A stretch of DNA of 64,000 bases from positions 23,126,001-23,190,000 of the forward strand of contig CM022673.1 in NCBI GenBank assembly GCA_012295275.1, written 5' to 3'. Made by a program: the position numbers and the translations under genes. The notes below the pieces were generated by a model. That model searched no databases. It saw only the letters and a list, made by a program, of their open reading frames with translations, and was not told the origin of the DNA. The DNA comes from Chrysomallon squamiferum. Lineage: Eukaryota > Animalia > Mollusca. This document shows, piece by piece, positions 14,801-26,917 of this stretch (position 1 is the stretch's first letter; each line of letters starts with the position of its first letter).

Positions 14801-17800
14801 TAAGCATATTTTTTTGATAAATTTTATTATCTTTCACTAAAAAAGGAAAATACACTTTCATATGTATAAACTTTATTTTTATATCTCTTTTAATGGATCT
14901 AGAGGTATTTATTTACTGTATTACACCAGATGTTCAAATGATATATTTACAAATCTATTAAAATAGCATAACTCTTATACCATAATTTATCTTGTAATAG
15001 AAATTTGAAATTCAAAGCATTTACTATGAAAATTCTTATTTTGTTTATTAGATGTTCTTACAAGCAATGGCACAGAAACTGAGCAGGAATAACAGGTTCA
15101 CATGCAGATCAGTAAGTATTTATTAAATAAATGTTTATGTTGCACTAAAATAATAACCTGCAAGTCTGTGGAAGAGAAATTTCTGAAGAAATGCTGGATC
15201 AGTTCTTTTCAGTAACCCATTCAAACTAGTTCACACTGTTGAATGCCTTGGAAGGTGCATGAACAGATCTTTTCTGTTAACTGGAAAAAGTAGCTCTTTA
15301 TGAGCCAGTTTCTGGTTTCATCTCTTATTGTTGTTATCCTTAGTTGTTTTTTTTCTTCTCTCTCACTCTTTTTTTTTTTTTTTTTAATGATCATGTATAA
15401 AGTTACAACTTTTTCTGGTCTCTGAAATTCATTCCAAAAACTAAATTAATGAAACATGTCTAAAGTACTGTTGTTTTACTAATTTAAAAAACATTTGATT
15501 TGTGACTATTTCAGCTGAACCCATCTGACAAGACGCTGGAATATGACAGTGATTTCCGTATCCGCCACTATGCTGGTGATGTCATCTACTCTGTTGTTTC
15601 GTTCATCGACAAAAACAAAGATTCCTTGTTTCAGGACTTCAAACGTCTTCTGTACAACAGGTGACTTAAGAATATCATGTTTTTGTTCATTATTTTATTA
15701 TTATTATCAAAGTATTTTTTTCAGTTTTTTTCTGTTTATTTGAAAAGGAAATGTTAAATTCAAATATTCTGTAATGATTTGAAAGTAAAAATGTTCACTG
15801 ATTAATATAAATTACATTTACGAAGAATAAAATGCTTCTGTGTAGAAATGTTATAAAATATTTTGACTCTTAGTCTTTGTTTTTTAGGTCTAGATATTAT
15901 AAGTACAAGAGTTGAATAAAATACTGACAAGATAAATGTTGAGACAGGCAGATGCCTTTATTTTATGTTACCACTTAATACAAAGAAAATAAGTGCTACA
16001 TAATTACAACAAACCAGCAAATTATTTTCTTTTTAAATTTGTTTACCTTTAATACTTTATCATAATTAACAGCTGCTATCAATATTACCAACTTTTTTTT
16101 TCTTTTTTTTCCTACTACTTTGTCTGATTAAGTACCAAAATAAATGTAAATGGCAGGCTCTGTGAATCCTTAAAAGCAAATACTTCAATGTTAATAAAAT
16201 GTATATAGGTTTTGATTTGAACTAATACTTGTAATAGAGACATGGTTTAAATAACCCTTTTCATGTGAAGTATATCAGTGTCACAAGAACACTGAAATGT
16301 GCAGGTATTTTAAAGCAAGTGTCTATGTATGTTTAAAATCTGCTTTTTATTTTAGTTCTGATGAATTACTAAAGACAATGTGGCCTGAAGGAAAACAACA
16401 TGTCACAGAGGTAGGTCAAACAATACTTGCACTTTTACAACGTAAATAATTTCTCTTTTAATTCTGAAATCTGTTGTGATTTATGTTTATTGATTTTTGT
16501 GTTCCAAATCTAATGTTTTAATTGACCAATTATGGAAAGTTAGTATCCAAAGCATTTTGTGTGGGAATAGTAAAGTTATGTTTCCTATTCTTTGTTTGTT
16601 AAAACACATTGAAATAAAAATAAACTTGAATATATCCCATCATGAAAATAAAAGCAAGATATGTTATTATGTTATATATTCTAATAATATGTACTGAAAT
16701 GTATTTATTCTGATTGTTTTTCAAACAGACCACAAAGAGACCTATTACTGCTGGTACCGCTTTCAAAAACTCCATTGTAGCTCTTGTGAAAAACCTAGCA
16801 TCCAAGGTAATAATAAATGTCGGCTAATAATTATTGTTAATATAGTTTAAAGGTAGTTTCTAAATGAAATTTATTACATATAATAGCCTGAAATTAATTT
16901 TGTTATGGCAATAAATCAAAAATATTGAGAGAAATACAACATTCTGTGGTACTGAAATAATCAGGTTCAGAATGTAACAGTAATTAGATAGTGTATATAT
17001 TACTGTTTCTATTTATTAGATTGAAAACAGTTTCATGTAAGCCTGTATGTAACCCTGTTTAACTTTGAAAGTGTTTTCTTGTTTTGCTTGATATTTAACA
17101 CATTGACCTTTCTAAATATTAATATTGCCAAAATGTTCCTGGTATGAATTTTCCTAAATGATACAGTTATTGATATTTTGACATTATTCTCATTCTTCTT
17201 CTTCTTCTTGTTATAAATATGATTTGGGTTTTTTGTTTTTTGTTTTTTGTATGTCTCTGATTTTTTTGGGGTGTGGGGGAGTTGGTATTTCATTATCAAG
17301 AGCCATGTTTATCCAAATAAACTAAATAATGTTTTCACACTGTGTTTGTATTTCAGGAGCCTCATTATGTGAGATGCATTAAACCTAATGAAATCAAATC
17401 TCCAACTGTGTTTGACACGGAGCGAGTGAGACATCAGGTGATGTACCTCGGACTGCTGGAGAATGTCAGAGTAAGACGTGCTGGCTTTGCTTACAGGATG
17501 GGATACAGCAGATTTCTACAAAGGTACAAATGCATCACTAAAGAGACATGGCCTAACTTTCGAGGTTCCGATTTTGATGGTGTCAAGTGTATAATTAACA
17601 CAAAAGGTTTCCAGGATGATGTCAAATATGGCCGCTCTAAAGTCTTCATCCGGTCACCACAAACACTGTTTTCTCTGGAAGAAGCTCGAGATGCTGTTAT
17701 ACCAAATATTGTCGTGTTTCTACAGAGGGTACATTTATTGATTTTTATACTATTTTTAAGCTGACTGTTTATAAACAGCATCTTTATATTGATAAAGTTT

Positions 17801-19705
17801 CTATAATGTATATATTTGGTAATAAGAAAAAACAGTTTAAATGTAAATCACTTTTAATAGTATTTGTGGTCACATGAACAAATAAAGGTACTTTACATTT
17901 GTTTAGCTGTGAAGAACAAACCAATGGAAGGATTCAAAATTTATTTATGTCCGTGTTCTCACTGTCTGTGATGCCTGAATGAATACCTCTTTTTGGAAGT
18001 AATCAAACAATATTTTGACTACTGATAAGGTGCATTATGTTTTACAAGTATGTTTAAATAAAAATGTTCCTTTTATTTACAGTTATCTATTCACTGAGAT
18101 GAGGATTATTAATATTTATCGTTTATATATCACTTTAACCGAATTTTAAATTCTGAATTATATTGAGTTGTCTGTAAACAATAGATTTATTTTTGCATGT
18201 TAGATGTTTTGAATATTTACAGATGACTAGAGGTGGACTTGCCAGACGAAGGGTTAAAATGATGCGTGCAATGTATTTCATAATGGATCACTATCGCAAA
18301 TACAAACTCAGAATGTACATCCTGAAACTGGTTGACCTATTCAAGTATGTAAAATATAGTAATAACTACCTTTAGCACTTTGTTTCCTAAACATTTTTAA
18401 TTTTTTAATTATATTCTTTTTCTTTTATTTATTTGTATGTTGTTGTTGTTGCTGCTAATTCTTGTGTAGAAACCTTCTGTTACATTTAAACATTTTGTGT
18501 GTCTAATACATGAAAATACATGCGTTAAATATATTCTGTTCATTAATAAATAGGCCACTGTTTTTTCTATTTTTTGATATTATTTAAATTATTCCATTTC
18601 TGTTTCTCAGTTAATTATAAATTTTTAGAATAAATACACACTTCATTAGTCGGTGGAATTTAACATTGTTTTTCCATAAATATTCTTCATGGATCAGACT
18701 ACTTCATACTTTCATCTTTGCTAAATAAACATAGTGAAATAAATATATATTGAAAGCCTAAGTATTTGCCATAATTATTTTATTAATTGTTTTTCTTGTT
18801 TCCTTTTTCATTTCTTTTTTTTTTTTTTTTTTTTTTTGGTTTTTGTTTAGTTTTCATTCTGGTTTTGTTTTGATTTGTTTTTTGTTTGTGGGTTTTTTTA
18901 TTTTTTTTTTTTACATACTTTCAATTTAATAACTAATTATATTTTTTAGAGTATTTTCATTATCAGTAGCATTCTGATGTAATGTTGTTTGTTTTAGAAA
19001 TGTGAAGAGAATGCCAGACTATGGGAAGAACATCAGATGGCCAGCACCTCCACACAACCTTCAGGGTATGGTGGCCTTGTTGAAACGTGTTCATGCCAGG
19101 TTTGTATAGATTTCAGTTCAGGAACGTTATTCCTTGATGCTAAAATTAGTTTTCTATAACTGAATTAGTTAATAACAAATCATAGCCAATGCAGAACAAT
19201 TGTGCATGTTATCAGCACAGATATTATTTTATGAATTATACAGTGAAGAAAAGATTTCTTATTGATGTCAATTTTCAAAATAACATTTGCGCTTTCCTAA
19301 TATTGTTGATGTTCAATGCAGAATAATCCATTTAACTACACAATCTGGTATATAATTTTACTTTAAAATAATTATGATTTTGTTGTTTTGTTTTCTAGAT
19401 GGAGAGGAAATATGATTCTAAGAAAGATTCCAGTCAAAGAACGACCGATGCTAAGGTTGAAGGTTGCAGCAGCTGATGCCTTTAAAGGTCGGAGAATAGA
19501 CTGGGGAGTCAAGCGGAAATGGCTTGGTAATTACCTTACAATGGTGAGTTGTTAACAAGTCTCTTGTTTTTACACCACTGAGAAAAACATTTATCATGAG
19601 AAACTAATATAAATGCAGAAATATGTATATTTATATTATATTTATTATTACTATTGTTATATAATTTCTTCTTTTTAAAAAAATATTTTCATGTTATAAT
19701 TGATG

Positions 19706-19741
<36 letters not shown>

Positions 19742-21419
19742 TAGTCCCAGGACAACCCAAATACAGCAGAGTTTGTGGCTCAGATGAATCATCTGAAAGG
19801 TCAGGATGGATTTACCCAGATTATTTTTTCATCTTTTGTCAAAAAGGTTAGTTGTATATAAAAGTACTGTGATCATAAATGCAACAAATTTGTCACTTAC
19901 TTATTCTGTAATGATTTGTTCTTTTTATTTGTTTTCCAGAAAAACAAGTAAAATTATATTTAAGATTTCTTAATTATTTATGTATTAGTCATTATTGTTA
20001 CTGTTGTTTATTGACCTATCCACAAAATGAACCAGTAATGCAAAAATTCATAGGGTAAATACATATTTTATAAGCACTCTTACCAGTGCCAGTATACTTA
20101 AATTTGCTGTTTTATTGGTGAAAAAATATAATTTTATAAAAATGACATCCATTTTCTCCATAGAAGCTTATAATTATCCAGTGTGTTGGTTAATTTTTAC
20201 TGTTTTCTCAATGTATGTCCTTTATCTTCCTGTAGACAAACAAATTTAACAAAACTGCTGACCGAGGCATTGTCATCACTGATAAGTTTATTTACAAACT
20301 GGATCCAAGAAAACGTTTTAAATCAATGCAGAAAGGAATACCTATCACTGATGTAAGTCATATTATTTTTTTTTTTTTATTGATTCAGCCATTCATTAAT
20401 ATATTCCAGCCAATGCTCCAAAGTTCATATACAATCCTGTTTGTGGGAAGGCAGAGATAAAATACCCCTTGCGTCTAATTGGAAATAATATATGAATTGG
20501 CAGGCAGCAGCTTTCCTTTCTTATCAACTGAGTTGTTCTTAACCATATATCTAATACTGTATGCTTAATGTATCATCAGATTAAACATTTTTTTCCTTCA
20601 TTAATGTCAACAGAAGTAATTTCTTTAATTCAAAACATATTATTTACAACTGACTGCTGTATGCAAGTTACTAATGTTTTCTAGATCACCGGATTATCAG
20701 TTTCACCTGAGAGAGATCAGCTGATTGTCATACACCTGAATGGAGGTAATGATCTTGTCCTCTACCTACAGAATCCACAGAATGAAGAACGAATTGGTGA
20801 ACTGGTTGGAATTCTGTGTGCTTTCTGGCAGAGGTGAGCTGGAATCAATAAATCAATACATCCTGTGCTCTAGTGCATCTGTTTTAGCACATAAAAATGA
20901 GCCTGAGTTGTCTGCCCATGTTTCCTCTAGTTTATTTGAGGGTTAATTAGAGCAAAAAGCAAAAAAATCAGTGTTATTTGAATTTGAATCAAAATAGTTC
21001 TAAACTAAAATTTACTTGGCCACAAAAATACAAAAGTATGTAAAATTATAAGTTCACAAATAAAACAGTTGCCCTTTACACTTTTGAAATTAAGACTCGA
21101 GTTCAGTGATCAGAGGTCTAAGTTCAGGACTGAGTGTTAGTTTATTGTGTCATTTATTATCTTGTAGTTGTTTGTATCTTGCATTTACTTATTATGTCAT
21201 TTTTTTTTAAATAAAATTAAAATTTAAGAATATTTGCTTACTTCATTGGTTTAACATTTCAGACATTACAGAAAAGATCTGAAAGTTACAATCAACAAAA
21301 CACTCAACTGTAGTCTGGGAGGGAAAAGTCGTCATATTGTGATCAAATCTGCAAATACAAATGGTGGCCCAGTTTTCAAGAAAGAAGGTCAAGATTTGGC
21401 TTTGTTAGTACCATCATAA
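9798..21419 (+). CDS. MYO1D: Unconventional class I myosin, Myo1D/Myo31DF type (5'-partial; ~901 codons in 21 exons)
   Basis: GT-AG exons join in frame: 9798-9891, 10904-11069, 11496-11549, 11951-12046, 12304-12423, 12746-12949, 13540-13682, 14205-14319, 14543-14653, 15052-15111, 15515-15660, 16356-16410, 16729-16806, 17357-17728, 18223-18344, 18998-19099, 19399-19543, 19745-19846, 20236-20352, 20685-20833, 21263-21419 (TAA). Motifs: P-loop [29 protein letters not shown], switch [50 protein letters not shown]-like [11 protein letters not shown], and a short TH1-type tail with no SH3. [27 protein letters not shown] and RDAFAK match the Myo1D/G subclass. Confidence 0.93.
20385..20600 (+). mobile_element. 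Degenerate SINE-like interspersed repeat fragment in a Myo1D intron
   Basis: Segments atcctgtttgtgggaagg...ataaaataccccttgc...gcagctttcctttc...cttaaccatat...aaacattttttcc resemble, from recollection only, a common gastropod SINE body and tail. Similar faint fragments occur at ~7205-7250 and ~47070-47370. No search was run. Confidence 0.35.
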
Positions 21420-23328
21420 CACTGAAAGTTGTTAAAAAAAAAAAAAAAATAGAGGACATTTGAACTAAACAGTTTTAAATAAAATCTACTGAAGATGTGC
21501 AAAGGTATATATTTTACGAAAGTCTCCAATAATGTTTTATGAAAGAATTTTTATGTATGAGATTTTGAACATTGAAATATGTTAAATAGTCAAAAGACAT
21601 TTAAAATACTTTGGAATTATAAACAGAATAGAAAAAGTGGAAATACAAAATGAAATCAATTAGAGATTGTAAATGGAACTTTGAAAATTTGGAATACTTA
21701 AAAGAAATTTAATAGACTAAAAGAATAAATGAAGAAGATGGTAAAATGATTGTTACCATTAATTTGATTGTAATGGAATTATGATTTATGATTAATAGTT
21801 CAAGTTCAGTTAACAAATGAATATGAATAGACTATATTACAGAATCATAGTTACTTTTGCAAGTTAGTTACCTTTTCTAACTTTGAACCTGTCTTTTATT
21901 ATTAATATTGCTATTATTGTAATAAAATATTTTGATATAAATGAAGGTCATTCAGTAAACAGGTAACTGCCAAATGTATAATGCATTCATATTTTAAAAT
22001 TTATACTTGACAATTTAGATTGTTTATCAAAGATTGATATGAATTTGTTGATTTTATATTCAGATTGTCTGAAAATTATTTTAGATGAAATATTTATTGT
22101 TTATTTATTTTTTTAAATATATAAATAATTAAAAAGCTTTCTTTTTTTCTTTTTTTTACTTTGTTAAATGTATCTTCCATAAAAGAAGTATTATAATTAC
22201 TGAGACTAAATGTAAGAAATAATAATAAAAAATAACAACCATAAAACCCAGTAAAATAATAAAAAGATGTAAATATATTAATTAATTTTGTTAGTTTTCT
22301 TACTGCTAATTTTATATCTGCTTTATACATAAAACATTACAACAATTTGTCTACATTTATAACGGACATTGAAAAGAAAAGTCATTAATAAATATGCAAA
22401 ATAGCATTTGAACTGCCTGTGTAAAGTTTTGAGAAATCCATCTTTCAAGTCTTTCAGTATTTTCACTCTATGCACATCTTCTTTCTTTTACTTTTTAGTT
22501 ACAAAGACTCCATTATTTTACTTGTTTACCTGTTAATAAATGTATTTTACTTTTTCAATATCACATTTTCACTGTTGAAAAAAAAAAAAAAAAAACCTTA
22601 ATTATAAGTGTTATGTTACTGATCAATTAGATTGTTCAGATTAATTCATTTTTTCTAAAAGCAATTCTTGTTTTTCAACATACTCTTATCTTTTTCTTTT
22701 TTCTTTTTTAAGGAAAGTATAATGAGAGAACCTTAAATTTTTTTAAGACTTTTATTAATTCATATTATAATAACGTAAATTTAATTCCTTTTTAAAAAAC
22801 AAAATTACTTTAGTAGTAAAATATGTTTCATTTATACACATCCTTATGCATATATATTAACAATATAAATTTATATAATGTATATATTTACTTACATTAA
22901 ATACGTATTTACGGTTTTATATATTTATATATATATATACATACATATATGTAAATCCTATTCAGTCGCTATAAGTAATGGCAAGATATGTTGTCTAGAT
23001 ACATTTCTAAATTCAGTCACTGACCACATATGTAGCTCTATTGGGTAGAACTGTTTTTATTTTGATAAATTAATTGTTATTTACATGTATATAAATATTG
23101 TTAAAAGTTAATTCTTCAGTATTTAATTACTGATTCAGATCTTAAAAGATAATTTTGAAAATGGTTTTCATTTAAAAAATAACAAATTGTTAATTTTTGC
23201 ATTTAACAACAAAATCGATACTGGTAAATCTGCTACTTGTCAACAGTGAGTTGGGAAATAAAACAACTGATTTCATTTAGATTTTGTAATATTTAGAATT
23301 GCAGGATAAGAGAAATAACTGATTACTG

Positions 23329-23432
23329 TCTTAAGTTATCAGCTTTATCCTGTTCAGTTTTAATGAGTAATGTATTTGACCTAGCTGTATTTGGCATTCT
23401 AATCTTTACAGGATAAAGCTAGTATCTTAAGA
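23329..23432. repeat. Imperfect 25-bp inverted repeat (MITE-like remnant or 3'UTR hairpin)
   Basis: tcttaagttatcAGCTTTATCCTGT (23329-23353) pairs with ACAGGATAAAGCTagtatcttaaga (23408-23432); the inner 13 bp and outer 7 bp match perfectly. Confidence 0.7.
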
Positions 23433-25135
23433 AATAACGCGTTACACCCTATATGTAATATTATTGTGAGTCCCATATCTTATCCAATAGATAATTGAAA
23501 ATACAAAGGTAAAAATAAAAAATGAAGAAACATTTAAAAGTGCTGTAATGTAATTGATGTGTTCTAAACAGAAAATCCATTTATGTTGACTGATAGTTCA
23601 GTTAAAAAGGAACTTAAGTGAAAACATATTTAGATTGTATAAAATAAATTCCATCTTTAACTTTACGTCTGTTACTGTAAACTTGTTATATTTATATCCA
23701 ACATTTAATTCACCATATTATGCAGAAACATTGTCATCTGTTAGATATTTATTTAGAACTCTAATTTTTTCATGTTCATGCATAATGTTTTATATTAACC
23801 AACCATTCAACAGTATTCATATTTTCATGTTTTATTATTATTATTATTTTTATTTTCTGAAATCAGGTTACTGATAAATAAAAGAAAAAACATTATCTTT
23901 TTATAGTTACAATATATAATTTTTGTTTTAATTTTATACATACTACTGTTCCCTCTTTTCTTTTTTTAGCATTTATAACAATTAGAAGATAACATATTTT
24001 TTATAGAATTAACACATGTTTAAGTAATAGTCTTCAAATCATTAAGTCAAACAAAATTATTTATAATTTTATATATTTTCTTGTATAATTACTTGTGATC
24101 CATATTTTTAATGAATGTGATCTGAATAGTTTTGTTCATAATGTCAATAAGATGTTTTAATGTCTGAAAAAATTCCATTGACTTGCATGCATATATACAT
24201 ACTAAAACACCAAATCTACATAGCAAAGCATTGTTGTTTTATTACTATTTTTTTGTTTCTTTTATTGTTTTTTTTTTTTCCATTATTACATCTACCATTA
24301 TTATTATTAACAGAATTAATAACATTCATATTAGTAAATAATAATTGCATTTTCTGTTTTATAGTTTGGACACGGAGTATTAAGCAGTAGTTTCAAATTC
24401 AGCAAATGATTTTGTTAACAGTGCAGTAATTCAGATTAATTAAAAAATAAAAAATATTAATAATAATAATAAAAACAAAAAAACATGTCTGTAATATGTA
24501 AAATATCCAAATATTTGATGAAATTAAAGATATATCTTGTGATTTGGTCTAGAAAAATGAAAGTATTGTCTTGAAATTAAAATTCTATTGAAAAGGAAAC
24601 TTTGACAAAGATTAATTAAAATGGAAATATATGTCTTGCTTTTTGCCTAAATCATTGTTATTTAAATGATAAATCAGAATTGCTTTCTTATTAATATAAA
24701 TTCAATTGCTTTTGTATACAACATAAATATTCTGTTGTAAATGTTTGTTGTATATTTTTCATGAATGTTTGTTATATGTTGAAGGTTCTGTTACAGTTTA
24801 TTACCTTTGTGATAATACAAGTTTAATTTTATATAGCTGTATCATTTGTATAATTACATAAGCTGTATCATTTACATATTATATATTATATTTAGTATAG
24901 TTTATATTTATCTATGCTTTATTATACCAAGCAGTGTTCATTTCTTTTGTGCGTATAACATGACATATTTATTATTTATCTTAGCTATGTTTTATTTAAT
25001 ATAATATGAAATAATTATATATATTAATGTTGCAATATAAAGAATCCTTTATGTTATATATGTATATGCATTCAATATGTATTTTTATTACCACTAATAC
25101 ATTTTTTTTTTTTTTGTGATTAAAAATATCCTATT

Positions 25136-25171
<36 letters not shown>

Positions 25172-25709
25172 TGGTGTAATTTTAAGTAATTAGTTTATTT
25201 TGCTTTAGAAATTTTATCTTTGATATGACATGACTGGATTAACTTTCCTTGCTTTAGTTTTAGTGTGATTGTCAATGTCAAAGTAAAATGATCACTTGCA
25301 AATATACAATATACGCAAAATGTTTTTGATAGAACAGTTGTTATTTTTGTGTATTTTAGAGTAACACATATTATACTTTAAGAAAGAACATCATGTAAAG
25401 TTGTCTTATTGTTCTGAAATATTGTTACTATCTCATCTAGCTACAATTCAAATGTTAACCAGGTCTGTTTTTGTCAGATTATTAACTTTTTATCTGTTAT
25501 TGACAATTTATATAATCTTCTAACCCAAACTTTGATTTTATGTATCGTTCTGGCCACTGTGTATAAACTGTAGTTTAATTGTGAATGGGTGATTTGGGGC
25601 TTTTTTCATGGTCTTTTCAATAATGAACATCGTGCAGTTTGTTGTAGGTGTCATTGTAAACAAAAGTGGTTTTGACCAGTACTCTGAACAAATATAGCAT
25701 GAGCTTTTC

Positions 25710-26390
25710 TCATTTGTTAACAAATATGTTATTTATCCATGTTAATAGAAACTATATTAACTGGTACCTCAGTTAACAGCTGAAGTATCAGTTGATGCCT
25801 TTGGCAACTGTTGTTAATTTATGCCCTTGTTAACATATGTGAAACCACTTTTTTCTTAGTATTAGTGCCTTTCTTAGCAAATGTGTTATTAACTGGTACC
25901 CTTGTTAGCATACAGAGGCCTTACAGTTTAATATGATATGTCCATTCAAAGAAAATAGACATTAAATGTTATCACTGTAAAATCAGGTTATTTGACAATC
26001 ATAGTTACTTCTGGCTTCACTGTGTATAGCAATATTATGTTAGCTAGGCACTGGAGCCATTAAAATGATTCAGCAAAGAATCCATGCCTAGGTTGTGCTG
26101 TAAACATTGAGTATGTTATTAGTTGGTGCATTGTTAACTAATGTGATATTAGTTGGACCCCTTATTAATTTGGTATCAGATGGTGCTTTGTTATAACAGA
26201 AGCTCTTAGACGGTGCCATTGTTAGCAATTTGCTTTTAGTTTGTGCCTTTCTGACAGCACTGAATCTTTGTGTTACTATATAATGTTAAGTTCTGATTTG
26301 AAATGTATAGTTGGGGCCTTTAATAATTCCACTGTTGTATCATCTATATGTGCCTCGCAACCGACAAGTTTTATTTGGTGCCTTTCTTTT
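25710..26390. repeat. Degenerate ~30-bp tandem repeat array
   Basis: Recurring core (a)ttagttggtgcc(c/t)ttgttaac, e.g. attaactggtacc, attagttggtgcattgttaac, attagttggacccc, atcagatggtgctttgtta, ttagacggtgccattgttag, ttagtttgtgcctt, atagttggggcctt. Confidence 0.65.
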
Positions 26391-26572
26391 CTCCAACGTC
26401 CATCCTGATTAATTTTATAAGTTATTTTACAATCACAAATGATAAAGAAAAGGAAATAATTCTGCCAAAATCTTTAATGGATAATTCTCCATGTGTTAAT
26501 AATATAGGATTAGTGCCAGATGAAGATTTTTTCCTTTTCTTTTGTAAATAATGTTATACATGCACACGTACA

Positions 26573-26617
<45 letters not shown>

Positions 26618-26911
26618 ACCTTGACAGCATTATTTCTTTATTTAAATAAAAAGTTTTCAGCATACAATAATATTTTTAATGATGCCTATGCTGTCTTTTA
26701 CCCTTCGAATATCATTTTTTCTGAGAAAAGAAAATATTGATCCTTTTTATAGATATTTAAACAAATTTTCTACAGTTAAGAATACTTTTATTCAGACAAA
26801 TGTAATATTCGATTAAAATCTGTCATATTTTCTATACTTTTGTAAACATAGCTTCATCTATAGGTACTAGCATATGCATACATAATTATTTACTTGTATA
26901 TTATGCAGTTT

Positions 26912-26917
26912 AATAAA
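26912..26917 (+). terminator. Candidate distal polyadenylation signal for Myo1D
   Basis: AATAAA followed ~25 nt later by a T/GT-rich tract (ttgagttttgatgtgt), near the point where CpG depletion ends. Many other AATAAA copies exist in this AT-rich region. Confidence 0.25.

Noticed and set aside
25710-26390. CRISPR-like array
   Set aside because: Units are highly degenerate with no identical repeats or unique fixed-length spacers; there are no cas genes and the context is eukaryotic.
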